Shown piece by piece: positions 40,241-58,094 of a DNA stretch of 64,000 bases. A program made the translations under genes and the position numbers. This stretch comes from the human T2T-CHM13v2.0 reference genome, Homo sapiens: NCBI RefSeq assembly GCF_009914755.1, contig NC_060926.1. One strand, written 5' to 3'. The notes beneath the pieces are model-generated. The model had not been told where the DNA came from. It did no database searches and saw nothing but the letters and a program-made list of their open reading frames with translations. The number at the start of each line of letters is the position of its first letter. Position 1 is the first letter of the stretch.

Positions 40241-40804
40241 AAATGCCTGGTATCCAATCATGTTTATCTTGAAGGTATATTAGTAACTTCACTGTTGATG
40301 GCTTTTGTGTTTTGTATTCAACTGTGTGTTTGTTATTATGAGAACAATAAATATAATTTTTAAAAGAAGGACAAAATTACATAAAATGAAAATATTTAAG
40401 AGGAATTGAATAAAGTAAAAACTATTAATAGAAACATAACTTTAGAAAACAAATTGATTTAAACATTAACATTATGGTACAGAAGGTTTTCAAAAAATTA
40501 TATACCCAAAAAAGAATTAAAATGATTCATGAATATCTTTTGGCTCTGAAACTTACTTAAATTGAATAATTTAAATAGCCTGAAAAATTTTTAGTCCGTT
40601 TTTACAGTTTGATTTAAAAAATAGCAAATAAAGCATCACAGCCTTTGAGTTATATTTATTAAGTTCCTATCTGCTTCCTTTAAAACTATATCAAGTACAT
40701 AAATAACAACATAAGGGTGTATTAAAAATTGATCCTTGTGTTGCTTCTATGTTCATTTTCCTCCCTGTTCTCATTTACAGTATTTACTACCACCACCACC
40801 ACCA

Positions 40805-41035
40805 CAATATTTATAGAGCACTCACCATAGGTCAAGAACTCTACTTACTAATGCCTAATCTCACTTAACATTCCACAGTAATCTATGGCTAGGGGTACTT
40901 GCCGTGCTGCTGATGGGAAAACTGAGGAATAGGGAGGTTAAATAATGTGTCCTAGATCACACAGCTGGAGGTGGAGAAGCTAGAATTCACATCAGTTCTA
41001 TTTGACTCTAGCACCTGAGCTGTTACTCTCTCTAC
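40805..41035 (-). mobile_element. MIR
   Basis: atttatagagcactcac...gatgggaaaactgagg...gaggttaaataatgtgtcctagatcacacagct. Confidence 0.75.
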
Positions 41036-41083
41036 TATGTCTTTCAGAGTCTTAAGTCCATCTCCTTCAAAAGATCTGCTCAC

Positions 41084-41462
41084 AGCCATAAAAGGAATGA
41101 GATCATGTCCTTTGCAGGGACATGAGTAAAGCTGGAGGCCATTATCCTCAGCAAATTAATGCAGGAACAGAAAACCAAATACCAAATGTTCTCACTTATA
41201 AGTGGGAGCTGAATGATGAGAGCACATGGACACACAGAGGGGAACAACACACACTGGGGCCTGTAGGGGGTGGGGGTTGGCAGGAGGGAGAGAAGCAGAA
41301 AGATAAGAGGGTCAGGAAGACTAGCTAGTGGATGGGCTTAATATCTGGGTGATGGGGTGATCTGCGCTGCAGACCACCATGGCACACATTTACCTATGTA
41401 ACAAACCTGCACATCCTACACATGTACCCCTGAACTTAAAATAAAAGTTGGAAATTAAAAAA
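41084..41462 (+). mobile_element. 5'-truncated L1PA13-16 with perfect 15-bp TSD
   Basis: L1 3' UTR ending in a poly(A); TSD aaaagatctgctcac at 41069-41083 and 41463-41477. Confidence 0.92.
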
Positions 41463-41764
41463 AAAAGATCTGCTCACTTCTTCAGATCTCCAGTGAGATT
41501 TCCACAAAGATCTCACTCACTTTTCTAAACAAAGCTTTTGTCACATATTGTATTTTGATTACATAGAGCCTTACATTGTTATGCACATGTTTAAAATGTG
41601 TAAAACTTGTTCCTCAACTAGACTATAAACTTTATGAAGGTAGCTTCATGTCTAATATGTGGCATATACTCTTCCAGTGTACCAAACCACTATCTCAAAC
41701 GTAAGTATTCAGTGAATATTAGATGAATTGAACTTGGGTGTTACTATGTATAACAGGTGTTGAT

Positions 41765-42000
41765 GGTTAATAAAGTATTTAGCACACTTATCCTCATAAT
41801 GTGCCAAGTACTTTACATATATTACTTCATTTAATTTTGGAGGTGACCTGTGAAGTTGGCTTCATCATGTCCATTTTACAAATGAAGAACTTGAATAAAT
41901 GTTAGACAATTTCACCAAGGTCACCCAGATAACTAGTGAAAGTCTGGGATTCAAATCAAAATTTTCTTAAAAATATCTGTGCTCTTATCATCTATAATCC
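41765..42000 (-). mobile_element. MIR
   Basis: atgtgccaagtactttacatatattacttcatttaat...ccattttacaaatgaagaac...ccaaggtcaccca...ctgggattcaaa. Confidence 0.75.
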
Positions 42001-43402
42001 TGTTACATTAGGACTTTGTAGGACAATTGATATTAACAAAATTATTTTTGTTGTTGGGTAAAGAGTAAACAAGAATTGGTTAAACAGAAACATCATTTAT
42101 CATTGTTATATGTTTGAGTATCTGAGTACTGTGTGTCTGAATACATGAAACTGAATATGAGGGATGTGACTGATAATTTGATACTTGCTTTGGAGTAGAG
42201 AAGAAGGAAATGGGCTGAAGAGAGTCTTTCTAGATACATCACTTACTTGGGAGAAAGAAAATTGAGTTCAACAAGAATATTATCTGTAATCCTTCTACAA
42301 CTAAAGCTTGACATTTAAATAAACTATGATTTCATATGAGATTAACAATCATTTCTTTTGGAGAAGTGAAGTTACTTTTATTTCTATAGCTTAACTTGTT
42401 GAGATGACTTAGTTTTAATATAAGAGAGATTCCATAGTCCATTATTATTACATTATTAAGAATGACAGCTTGAATGTTCTCTTTCGACCACCAATTTCTT
42501 GGGAAGCATCACCTAGTCTTCCTACCTCAAGTTTGTAGTATATTAAAATATATATTTTATTATTTCTCAGGGTCAACCTATAGTCATTATTTCACTTCTT
42601 GCTTTTTTCTTTCCTGATAGATGATTTGCCCCAAAGGAGATTGAATCCAAACAAGTCACAGGGCAGCAGGAGAGATGAAGAATGCTCATGAAGAAAGAAC
42701 TGACCCCCCATTGGACTTTCTCATAAACTGATGACTCACTCCTGTTGCAAACATTGGCTTCACTGAGAGTGCACATTCTGCTGTCTCTATAGCTTTGCCA
42801 AAAGTGGCCACAATGGATTGGCAATATCTTTATTTGCTGAGAAGCAATACTTTTGATAGTTTACAAGGTGGCTATATCTAATAGAGTCATAAACATCTAG
42901 GGTCAAAATTGATTTTAGTAAATACCAAATTGGAAAAAAAAAAGACAACAGATTTTTTTTCTTTGGCCTTTTAAAACTCTCGTTTAACCATATATCTTTT
43001 CAAGACACCATTTCTTAAATGGCTAATGTATTTGGCTGACAAAGCCAAATATAGTTCTATAAATAGCATTATTAATGATGAGGAAGTGGAGATACAATAG
43101 GAGAAAAGTGAATTGTTGCAGAATGAGATACAGCTGAGTAAGGCAGAAATAAGAAAGGGAGAAAACAGTCTAACACCACATAGGAAAATTGTCTCAATTC
43201 CAAGGTGGGAGGAAAAAAATGTATTGCCCTGGAAAGATGACCAGAAATACATCTTTTATGTTCATTTCAGCATTATTTTTTATGGGGAAAACACAGAAAC
43301 AATATACATGATCAGCCATTCTGGCTCATGCATGTGAGAGAACATAATGCAGCCATAAAAATGAGTTGAAGAGAAACATTTAAAGATGAGAAAAATCAAT
43401 TA

Positions 43403-43905
<503 letters not shown>

Positions 43906-44399
43906 AAAACCAGATTTCAAAATAGTAGATACACCATGATGCACATTAGCTAAAAACACACAGAAATATTTAAGTGAACACACATATTATAAAGATTAGA
44001 AAGATAAGCACCCAAATGTCATCAATACTTTGCTCTCGGTTATGAACTTACAGATAGTTTTAATATTATTCTATGTACTTTTGCATATTTCTCAAGTGTT
44101 CTATAATTAACATGTATTATCTTTATGGACACAAAAGCAAAAAATTGAATTTTTAAAAGAGAAGAAGATGGCCAAGAATAGAACTTCTATTTTTGGCAAT
44201 AAGGCTGACTAGCTACCCTAACCGGCCCTTTTGCTGAAAACAAGAAATTTTGGGCTAAACAACAAATAGAATGATCAAAGTAAGCTTCTCCTTTTAAGAC
44301 ATATTGTCAAACTGGTAGAGATGTACAGAAGCCTAAAACAAAGTCATAATGGAAATTCAGGTAGGTAAACAATTACTCAAATGTCTTTTACTCTGAGAG

Positions 44400-44765
44400 T
44401 GTATTAGTTTGTTCTCACACTGCTAATAAAGACATACCCAAGACTGGGTAATTTATAAAGGAAAGAGGTTTAATTGAATCACAGTTCTATATGGCTGGTG
44501 AGGCCTCACAATCATGGCTGAAGGTGAATGAGGTGCAAAGGTTAAGTCTTACATGGGCATCAGGCAAGAGGGCTTGTGAAGGGGAGCTCCCATTTATAAA
44601 ACCATCAGATCTCGTGAGACTTACTCACTATCACGAGAAAAGCATGGGAAAGACCCACCCCCATGATTCAATTACCTCCCATGAGGTCCCTCCCAGGACA
44701 CATGGGAATTATGGGAGCTATAATTCAAGATGAGATTTGGGTGGGGACACAGCCAAACCATATCA
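44400..44765 (-). mobile_element. THE1C/D solo LTR
   Basis: tgtattagtttgttctcacactgctaataaagacatacc...gacacagccaaaccatatca; perfect TSD gagag. Confidence 0.92.
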
Positions 44766-44826
44766 GAGAGATATGCCAAGTCGTGGTGAATGTAGCTTCA
44801 TTTTTCATAGCTATGCCAAGTGTAAG

Positions 44827-45021
44827 CAGTGGTGTGGTGGAGCTGCTTATTACTGGCCGCAAGAACTGATTGTACTCATCTTTTCCCATCTTCACGTTCA
44901 GTGACATCACTTTGGTAGCTTGAAATTGGCATGTATTTACAACACAGAAATTGGCAAATACTACAAATCAGAATGTTTTTATCAGACAGGTAGCCCTTAA
45001 GCATTTACCAACACATTACTG
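44827..45021. mobile_element. MER63A (hAT-Blackjack)
   Basis: cagtggtgtggtggag...gttcagtgacatcac...gaaattggcaaatactacaaatcag...catttaccaacacattactg with terminal inverted ends. Confidence 0.75.
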
Positions 45022-45382
45022 AGCGAAGTTTAGGGAAAAAAAGTCATAGGATCCTGTAGAAGATGGAGAGTCTAATTGTAGATCCCACATAAAGCTGGAC
45101 CCCAAAGAGCTGCATACTTGGTATAAGAGAGGAGCAGAGATAAGCCTACTCCACAGAAGGAATCATCAAGGAAACAAATTGATGCTGAGTGGAGAGCAAA
45201 AGAGCCTTCTTGAAAAATTAAACCACAAGCTCACCCTCATAAACATTTTAGGACCTAAAATTCATACTGCCAGTGTGGTCCACAAAACTTTAAGCCAAAA
45301 TTTGAATTTGAAAGTGTCCAAGTTGATAGTATCCCCAGGTGTCTGGATGATTCAAACATATATTTTTTAAGTTCCTTTGAAT

Positions 45383-45957
45383 TTATTTTTTGTTTTATTT
45401 TATTTTAAACTTTTATTTACATGTACAGGTTTCTTATATAAGTACATATACAGGTTTGTTATATAGGCAAACTGTGTGTCACAGGGGTTTGGTGTACAGA
45501 TAATTTCATCACTGGGGTAATAAGCATAGAACTCAATAGGTACTCCCACTCCTCCCACCCTCCACACTCAAATAGGCTCCAGTGTGTATTGTTCCCCTCC
45601 CTGTGTTCATGTGTTCTCATTGTTCAGCTCCCACTTATAAGTAAGAACGTGTAGTATTTGGCTTTCTCTTCCTATGTTAATTTGCCTAGGATAATGGCAT
45701 CTAGCTCCATCCATGTTGCTGCAAAGGACATGATCTTGTTCTTTTTTTATGGCTGCATACTATTACATGGTGTGTATGTACCACATTTTCTTTATCCAGT
45801 CTACTGTTGATAGGCATTTAGGTTGATTCCATGTCTTTGCTATTGTGAATAGTGCTGCAATAAACATACGTGTGCATGTGTCTTTATGGCAGAATGGTTT
45901 ATTTTCCCTTGGGTATATACCCAATAATAAGATTGCTGGGTCAAATGGCAATTCTGT
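45383..45957 (-). mobile_element. L1PA16-type 3' fragment
   Basis: caggtttgttatatagg...ggggtttggtgtacagata...; ORF 45763-45987 translates as ORF2 C-terminus. Confidence 0.85.
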
Positions 45958-47324
45958 CAAACATACATTCTTTCTGTGGAAACACATCTACAATTTGGCC
46001 TCAAAAATTAGCAGAAATAAATATTAGCTCACATTAACAAATAAAAATAACACTCATGAAAATATGGCAGCTTGAGTAAGAAAAAACAAACAGCAAAATT
46101 AATCATGCAAAAATTTTAAATATAATCTAGGCACAAAATTAAACATAAACAATATATTCAATACTTAAAGAAATAAAAGAATATTGTAAATCTGAGAAGG
46201 AAATGAGAGTATATTAAAATGATAAAGAAAGAGACTCAAGGAAAACAAATGGAAATTCTAGAAATAAGAATAAAGTAATAAAAATTTAAAATTCAGTGGA
46301 CAGGTTAAACAGAATATTAGACACAGCTGAAGAGATAATTAGAAATATCAGAAGGCAGATTTAATAGAAGTCTCTAGAATGCAGCAAAAATGAGACAAAG
46401 AGGTCACAAATACGTAAGCCATATTAAGAAGTATAGAAGGAAGATAAAGGGAATAGATGTGTGGTAAATCCATAAATAAAAACACGAGAATATAAATATC
46501 AAATTTAGGATAATGGTTACCTATGAGATAAATTGAGGCATGGATAAAGTGGGGGTACTTAGGGCTTCAAAGATACTAGAACATTCTATTTCTTAAGATT
46601 GGTGATGGGTACAGGTGCTCTTTTTTATTGTTCTTATGCCTTAAAGTATATTAGAAATACTCCTTTTTAAGTTGTCAATATTGAATAAAAACCATTTTTA
46701 AAGTAGCTGGAAAGGAAATACTCCACAGTGTTAACTATAACTGCATTTGACTCATGAGACTATGGCTATTTTATTTTCCCATCTTTTCTCATACTGAAAT
46801 ATTACTTCATGAGACTATTAAATTTATAATAAAAACATAATGATAAACACACTTAAAAAAAGAAGCATATCTTTTTCCAACATGATAAATATCTTTGCAT
46901 AAAATAGCAAACTTGGATGATCCTATTATCTCGGACCTTCTCTTTTATTTACAGATAAATAGATATATTTTTAAAATATTACATACCAAAGTGAGAAGGC
47001 TCCTTTGGGTTCCAATTTTTCTCTGGTTTCTAATGAATTAAGGAAGCCTTTTAATTACTCTTTAAAACCTATGCAGATTCTTAAACTGAATTACTTCAGT
47101 TTCTTAATTGTATTTAATGACAAATTAATTAGAGGTCTGGGACTGGTAAAATTATAATAAGACTGCTGAGGCTTAAACTTGTTTCAAACAGTGTCTGTGG
47201 CAGAGACAAGATTGATTTAATTTTTTACTTACTGTGTGTATAGAAAGGTTAGAATGAGGCCCATTGGTAAGAGAGGCACTGACACTGGTAGGTTTTTAAA
47301 GAATTTGTTTAGGCTTCAAAGCAT

Positions 47325-47621
47325 TTTATTTTATTTTTTGATACAGGGTCTCGCTGGGTCACCTAGGCTGGAATGCAGTAGCGCAATCTTGTTTCACTGC
47401 ATCCTCGACCTCCCCTGACTCAAGTTATCCTCCCACCTCAGCCTCCTGAGTAACTGGAATTACAGGCATGCACCACCACACCCAGCTAATTTTTGTATTT
47501 TTGGTAGAGATGGGATTTTCCATGTTGCCCCGACTGGTCTTGAACTCCTGAGCTCAAGCAATCTGCCCGCCTCAGCCTCCCAAAGTGCTGAGATTACAGG
47601 CATGAGCCACTGAGCCTGGCC
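47325..47621 (-). mobile_element. AluJb
   Basis: Antisense dimer; TSD caaagcatttt/cagagcatttt followed by aa. Confidence 0.9.
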
Positions 47622-47895
47622 CAGAGCATTTTAAATAACTAGGTAATTAATCAAATCTTAAAGACAGACAAAAGACTTTCTAAAGTCCCAAATTTGACCT
47701 GCTACAAAATGACAGTTTGCAAAATCATTTAATAGAAACAAAAAGATAAAAATTTTAAAATAATCTTATTGGAAGTTGCTTCAATTTTTCTAACACAAAC
47801 AATAAGCTATTTTGTAATATATTTAAGGCTGAATACTTTCTATTTGAAAAATGTAACTTTATTAGTAAATTTTACTTATCGAAAATAAATTGTCA

Positions 47896-48194
47896 GGCTG
47901 GGCGCAGTGGTTCACACCTGTAATCCCAGCACTTTAGGAGCCTGAGGCAGGTGGATCTCTCGAGCTCAGGAGTTTGATACCAGCCTGGAAAAATGGCGAA
48001 ACCCCATCTCCACAAAAAATAAAAAATTAGCCGGGTGTGGTGGTGCACACCTTTAGTCTCAGCAACCCAGGGGGCTGAGGTGGGAGGATCACTGAGCCTG
48101 GGAGGTCCAGGCTGCAGTGAGCAGAGATCACACCACTGCACTCCAACCTGAGCGACAGAGCTAGACCATGTCTCAAAATAATAATACTAATAAT
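47896..48194 (+). mobile_element. AluJ
   Basis: Sense dimer with ggaggatcactgagcc; perfect 13-bp TSD aaataaattgtca. Confidence 0.9.
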
Positions 48195-48224
48195 AAATAA
48201 ATTGTCATAAGTATCTTTTGTTTC

Positions 48225-51200
48225 CAGCCATATTTATTGAGCTATAATTGATATACAGTAAAATGCAGTTATTAAGTACAAAGTTTGCTTGATTTTGACA
48301 AATTCATGCAACTATGTAATTCAAATACCTATAAAGATATAAATTATTTCCATCACCTCAGAAATTCCCCTTGTGGCCCTGCCCCTCAACCCTTAATGCC
48401 ATCCAACTACTGTCCTGATTTCTGTTACCATTAACTAGATTTGATTTTTCTAGAATCATGAATATTTATCAAGAATATTTATTCTTATGTCTAGCTTCTT
48501 TCATTGAACATAGTGTTTCTTAAATATTCTATTTTACACCACTATTTGCATATTCATTTTTATGTTGATGACTACTTGGGGATGATTCCAGGTTTTAGCT
48601 ATTATAAAGCTACTATAGGCATTTTTGTATGAAGCTTGGTGAACAATATATTTTAAATCCTTTTGGATTACATAGGTGTGGAATTACAGGATCATAAAGT
48701 AAATGTATATTTAGCTTTTAAAACAACTGCTAACAATTTCTTAAAGTGGTTATATCATATTATATTATATTTCCACCATGACTGTATGATAGTTTTGGCT
48801 GATTCACTCTTTGCCAACATTTGGTATGGTTGGTCTTTCATTTTAACCATTCTTGTGTAGGTAGTGGGCTGAAATTTTCTCTCCTTGAATGTCCTGGTAT
48901 GGTCTTGATACAGGGGCAATCTGGCCTCCTAAAGCAATTTGGGAAGCATCTCTTCTTCCTGTATTTTCTGAAACTGTGCAAGTTTTATATTCTGTTTCAA
49001 ATGAAGGTTTTAATTTCTTTGATAGGTATAAGGCTGTGGAGGTTTTCAATACACTGTCATGTTCATTTTTGTAATTTGACATTTGAAATTTGTCTATGTA
49101 CTGAGGTTGTTTAAATTATTGGTGTAAAATTGTTTATAATGTCCCTTTTTGTGCTTTAACATCTGTATAATTTGTAATGTCCATTAATCTTTTCAAAGAA
49201 CCAATTTTTTATAGTTCATTTTTTTGTTTGTGTCCATTTTCTACTTTACTAATTTCAAATTACTTCTTTTACTTATATTGTGTTTATTTGTTCTGATTTT
49301 TCTAGCTCCTTAAATTGAAAGCATAAATCATTTAGTGTATATATTTCTTTTTTCTAATATAAGCATTTAAAGCCATAGATTAATCTCTAAGTTCAGCTTT
49401 AGTATGTATGCCACAAATTTTCAAATGCTATATTCTAATTGCCATTTCATTGCTAAATATTTTTTTACTTCTCTTGTGATTTCTTCTTTGATCCATGAGT
49501 TACTTAAAAATTTGTTTATTTTCCAAATATTTGAAGATTCTCTAGATATTTTACTGTTATTAATCTAGCTTAATACTATGGTGGTCAGAGAAATATATTC
49601 TGTATTATTTTAATCGCTGAAATTTATTACAACTTGTTTTGTGGCCCAGTATTGTCTATCTTGATACATTTTCCATGTGCAATTGAGAATAGTTGTATTG
49701 TTTTGGTTTGGTTATTTTATAACTAAATTAGGTGAATTTAGTTCATAGAGTTTCTCTAATCTTCTATATCTTTCTTAATTTTTTTACCCAATTGCTCTAT
49801 GGATTACTGAGGTATTAAAATCTCCAACTATATTTTTGCATCTATTTCACACTATTACTTCAAGCATTTAGGAGCTTTATATTAGGTGCGTAGACATTAT
49901 CTCCTCTTTTATTATTATGAAATATTCCTCTTTTATCTAGGAATACTCTGTTTTACAGAGTTTGATATTTAGATAGCCATACCAGTTTCTTTATGTTTAG
50001 TATATGCATTACATATCTTTTCCATTCTTTTACTTTCTGTTTGTGTCTTTACAGGTAAAATTTATTACTGATAAATAGCATAATTGAGTCTGAATTATCT
50101 AGACTGGCTTTCACTTAACTGAAAAGCTCACTACTCCATTTATCTTTCATGCAATTATTGATGTGTTTGTGTTTAATTCTATCATGTTTGTGATTTTTTT
50201 TCTATCTGTCCCATTTTCTCTTTATATCTGTTTCTATCATCTCTTGAGTGAATCAAGTCTTTTATAATATATTCTATTTTAGCTTCTCAATTGACTTTTT
50301 AGTTGCACCTCTTTGTGGAGATTACAATTCACAACTATATGGACTGAATTGTGTTCCCTCAAAATTCATATATTGAAACTCTAACCCCCAATGTGTTAGT
50401 ATTTGGAGATGAGGCTTTTGAAAGGTAATTAGGCTTAAATGAGGTCATGAGGGTGGGGTCCTCGTGATATAGTTATTACCATTGTAAGAAGAGACCAGAG
50501 AACTTGCTTGCTTTCTCTCTCCACTGTATGGGGACATAGTGAGAAAGTAGCCAGGAAGAGAGCCTTCACCAGGAACAAAATTGGCTGGCACCTTGATCTT
50601 GAACTTCTCAACCCCCAGAACTATAAGAAATAAATGTCAGTTGTTTAAGCCATCCAGTCTACTATATTTTGTTATGGCAGCCTGAGTCGACTAAGACTGA
50701 CTGCATCTTTATCTTTCATAGTATATCTTCGCAATTAATTTATGACTTCATCGATAGCATAAGCAGCTTACAACAAAGAACTTCTAATTACTGCCCTCCC
50801 TCACTTTGTGCTATTCTTTTCACACATTCAACTTTTATTTATGCTATGAATCCCATAATATACTGCTATTAATTTTTATTTAAACAACCAATAGTTTTTA
50901 AATGAAATTTGAATATACATATATTTCTATTTGGTAATTTTTATCTGGTACCTTTCCTCTCTGGAATATTTTTTCTTCAGTCTTAAGAAATTCTCTTAGG
51001 ATTAATTTAATTGCAGGTCTGATAAAGAGGAATATCGTTCCATATTTTCTACATGTGCAAATGTCTTTATTTCACCTTCATGCTTGAAGATTCTTTTGCT
51101 GGGTATAGAATACTAGATTGTAGTTTTACTCTTTCAGCACTTAGAAGCTATTGTTCCATTGTCTTCTAGCCTTCAGTTGTTTCTAATGAGTAGTCTGTCA

Positions 51201-52840
51201 ACATTCTTATTGTCATTAATCTGTATGCAATGTGTTTTCTACTTTCTGGCTGCTTTTAAGATGTTCATTTTATCTTGGATTCTTTTAGCAGTTTGACTAT
51301 GATGTGCCTATGTGTAATTTAATTTGTATTTATTCAGCTTAGAGTTTGCTGAGTTTCTTGAATACATGCACTGAGGATTTTCATCAGTTTAGGATTTTTG
51401 ACCTCATTCTCTTTGTTCTCTTTCTATAACTCAAATTACATGTATGATTGATCATTTTATATTGTTTCACTTATCTCAGACATGTGTTCCACTTTTTCCT
51501 CTCTCATTTTTCACTTTGTATCAGTTTATATAATTCCTATTGACCTATCTTCAAGTACACAAAATCATTCTTGTGGTATGTACTCTGGGCTTGTAAGCCC
51601 ACAAAATAATTCTTCATCTTTGTCATCATATTTTTTCATATCTAGGCTCTTTTAAAAATAGTTTTTACAGCTTTTCTGTTATTTCCTATCTTTTCACAAA
51701 TACTATTCACCTTTTCTACTAGTACCATTAGCTAGTTTATCATGATTATTTTAAACACTTTGATAGGTTCAACATTTCGATCATCTTTGGGTCTTATTCA
51801 AGTGGCTATTTTCTTTCTTGATTATGAGTCATTTTACTTGCTTGTGTATCTCATAATTTTCATTAAATGCTAACATTGTGTATAAAGGAATAGAGATGAA
51901 AGCAAATAAAACTTTCACTTAGAAAAGGGTACCTTCTTTTCAGTCAGGCTGTTAATGAGAGAAGGTTAAACTATCTGTAATTGAGATGAGTATAGACTTT
52001 CTGATGCTCTAGATTTAGTTCAGCACAGACTTCAAAGGTTTGAGGGTAGGATTAGAATATTCCCTTTAGCATAGCTTGAGATTTGAGTAATTGGAGAGTT
52101 TGCCTAAGTTCTCTTTCCCTGACTTTAGCCTTTGGTATGCCTAGTGCACCTGTTTTTCAGGGGATTATCTGTCAGCTCTTTAATTTATCTCTCAGCTCCA
52201 GTAGGCTGCTGCTTTAAACTTGTGAGGCCTGAAATGCCTGGAAGTTTTCTCGCAGTTGTCCTGCTTTACCTTCAGGTTTCAGCAGGCCCAGAACACCTGT
52301 ATCTAAGAAGAGCAGTGACATCTCTCACAAGTGTCCTACCCCTCACCCAACCATAGAAAGCTCCCCATTCTCAGGCCCATAGTGCTTTATGGAATTCCCT
52401 CCATTCTCCTGTCTTCCTTCATACTTTAGCCTGTGCTTCTGAAGGATAGATCTCTCCACTTCTCTGTCCTTCCCCAATCTTGCCAGCAATGACTCAGTGG
52501 AGGCCTTTGGAAAACATCTGAAACGAGCAAACTGTCTTTGTATATGGGCCACTTAGGGTTTCTGAATCATCATACCAGCCTTTATTTGGCTTTTAAAAAT
52601 ATGTTAAAAAGCTCAGCCATTTTCTTCTTATTTGCTTTTGTGGCAGCTTCCTCCTCCTCCAGCTTTTCTACAAGGATGGAGTAGCTGAGGATTTCTTCTC
52701 TCACTTTGATTTAGTTCATTAGTCTTTTCTTGCATCCTCAGCTCTTTTGCTGAATCAAACCTATGAATTTGTTATCCCCTTTCATTCTTATTAGGGTAGG
52801 AGCAATGTTTCCTTGTGACTTTCTATATTCTACACCCTAA
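48225..52840 (-). mobile_element. Long degraded L1ME/L1M element(s)
   Basis: T-rich antisense L1M hallmarks throughout (atttccatcacctcagaaattccc; tggtcagagaa; gctgggtatagaat...cattgtcttct; gcagtttgactatgatgtgcct). Confidence 0.65.
50335..50698 (+). mobile_element. MLT1A0 solo LTR
   Basis: tggactgaattgtgttccctcaaaattcatat...gcaccttgatcttg...gttatggcagcctgagtcgactaagac. Confidence 0.82.
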
Positions 52841-53881
52841 GTGGATGCAAAGGAGCTAGTATACATATTCAAATAACATAAGACTATCTCTTAAATCTTC
52901 CTATACAAAATTAAGTTCTTCAGATAAATTTATGTTATTTCTCCTATATCCAGGCAGGATTATGATTACATTAACTTGGATTTGATCCTAGAGATTCTCA
53001 ATCTTTTCTTGATAAAGTTACTTTCAATATAATAGAAGTTTTGTGTCCTATCATAGAAATTAGATCTAGTGTAATTAAACCTTATCCTAAGCAAGTCCCT
53101 CAACAATGAATCATCTCTCTCCCAATGACTCCCCACCACCTACTCTGTCACTTAGGCACCTTCCTCTAATATGCCTGTTCTTTAATCCAGCCTGCACATT
53201 GCTTAGAGAGAAACACTAAATCACAGAGCTGATCCTGTAAGTCCCTGTCTTTGAAGCCCTTCAATGACTCCCCATAGCACAGTTAACGATGCTCTTCATG
53301 ATCTGGCCCTGCATTATTGTTACAACCCCTCTGCTCTAGATCATAAGGTATACAGTTTTGTTTGCATTCAACACCTATTTTGAATTCTTTTCTGTTTAGT
53401 AGTAGAAAAGTTAATCTAGTCAATTTTGGGTAAATCCAGTGAATTCATTATTTTCTTGCTCTTCATTTTCTCCCCTAGGTTGAGTGTCTCATTCCTGATT
53501 GTCATGGGCCTATCTTGAAATATTTCAGTTATCATCACTCTTCTACACTGGAAAATCCAGCAGTGTCTGAGTTTTCATTAGTCCTCTAGTCATGGGTTCC
53601 ACATTATATCTGCTGCTGTGTTTTTTTCCTCCTTGTTATGAAGCCCAGCATCACAAATTCACAGGTTCTCAGTGTCATCTTCACAGAAAAGTCTTTTGGC
53701 TACTTCCGTCTCCTGGTTGAGTCTTACAAGGACTCTAAGACTTCCTACGATTCTTCTGTCTATTCATTATATTCAGAAATTTCTAACCTACTCTCTAGTG
53801 CTATGGTGATACAAAGAATTCTGTGGGGCTTGTCCTTTTCTAGGCAACCAAGAGGGGCAGCAGAATACAAGCCTCCTTAAC

Positions 53882-56476
<2,595 letters not shown>

Positions 56477-57223
56477 TTAACTTTGACAACTTCAAATTTA
56501 TATGGGGTCATCTGTTCTCCCTTGAAGTTTAGAGAAATCTTATCTTAAATTGGAGTTATAAAAATGAATTCTGCCTCATAACATTCTTCTCCAGGTATCT
56601 CTGACTTACTCTTGTACTACAGCTTTTGAAACTCAAAAGCCAAGACTTGACATCTTTGTTCTCTGGTTCTATAGGGACATCTCCCAGTGAGCACAATGTG
56701 GCCCCCTGTCTAATAACTTAAAAGCAGAAAGGGAGTACTGGGTAATAGAAAATAATGGGGAGATGGAAGGAGAAAGAGAACCGTATCACTTAATATTTCA
56801 AAACATCCACCACATAAACTTGTTTTTACCCTTTTCAGATTAAAGTACTTGAGACCAACAGAAAAGCAAGATAGCAGCATTCCCTACACTACTCCTAGTT
56901 GTTTTTTAAAGGTGATACTATTGTGCCTCTATCAGTAGAGCATATACTTGGGTTGGGTTTTTTATTGTGACCATATAGTATGTTAACCATTCACCAGAAT
57001 CTCCTCCACCCTACACTTCTGATCAGTAATACACACCAGATGAACAGTAACCAAGAGATAGGGGCATCGCCTACAATGACACAGCCAACAGAGCTGATTG
57101 ATTATACAGAGGATTCTCCTAAAAACCCAGATTATGAACCACAAGTCTCTTAGAGTTAAGAACATTATAAAAATTAATGTTCTTAATTGGTAGGACAGCA
57201 GTCCTGCTACACTGCAGAGATGC

Positions 57224-57537
57224 TCTTCTTCTTCTTCTTCTTTCTTTTTTTTTTTTTTTTTTTGGAGACAGAGTTTTGCTCTTGTTGCCCAGGCTGGCAT
57301 GATCTCAGCTCACTGCACCTCCACGTCATGCGTTCACGAGATTCTCCTGTCTCAGCCTCCTGAGTAGCTGGGATTACAGGTGCCCACCATTACGCCTGGC
57401 TAATTTTTGGTATTTTTACTAGAGATGGGGTTTCACCATGTTGGCCAGGCTGGTCTCGAACTCCTGACCTCAGGTGATCTGCCTGCCTTGGCCTCCCAAA
57501 GTGGTGGGATTACAGACGTGAGCCACTGTGCCCGGCC
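57224..57537 (-). mobile_element. AluSq/Sp with (CTT)n-T tail and ~10-bp internal deletion
   Basis: gagttttgctcttgttgcccaggctggcatgatctc...cctcaggtgatc...cccggcc. Confidence 0.88.
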
Positions 57538-58094
57538 TTGGCCTTCTTCTTTATGTTGCATTTTGGCATACAATAAAACCATAGGGTCAGTAGGGACCAA
57601 GAGCTCAAACAAACAGGAGATGCCTTACATGCTCAAATAAGAGAGAATTCTTTCTTTCAAAGGCTTATAGGAGATTCCACAACCCTCCATAGCCAATTTG
57701 TTCAACATTTCTCTGACAGAAAATGTATCCATTAAAAAGAAATCATGCAGCTGCTGAACAAGTTTTGACGGTTATTTTCTAAACCATGGTGATAGAAACA
57801 GTAATACCATGGCTTTCAGGGAAAACCTTAACATATCTGAAGGTCATTCCTGAAGCCTTCAAAGAGGCTAATATATAAAACAAAACAAAACTGACAATGA
57901 CAAAAACAATGAAAGAGGCATTTTAAACATTTAACATTTGTGAAGCTAAATATTGAGGTTTTAGGTTGCAAAACTGACTACTTAGGAGAAAAGACCAGAA
58001 GAAGAAATCTCTCTCATGATTAAATAAATTTAAGTTTATAACATTATGCGGTGTTACACTAGTTGCTGTGCAAAAAGTTCAGGGATTATTTTTT

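Noticed and set aside
45418-45467. 25-bp imperfect duplication in L1PA16 3' end
   Set aside because: Ordinary slippage within a dead LINE; no functional implication
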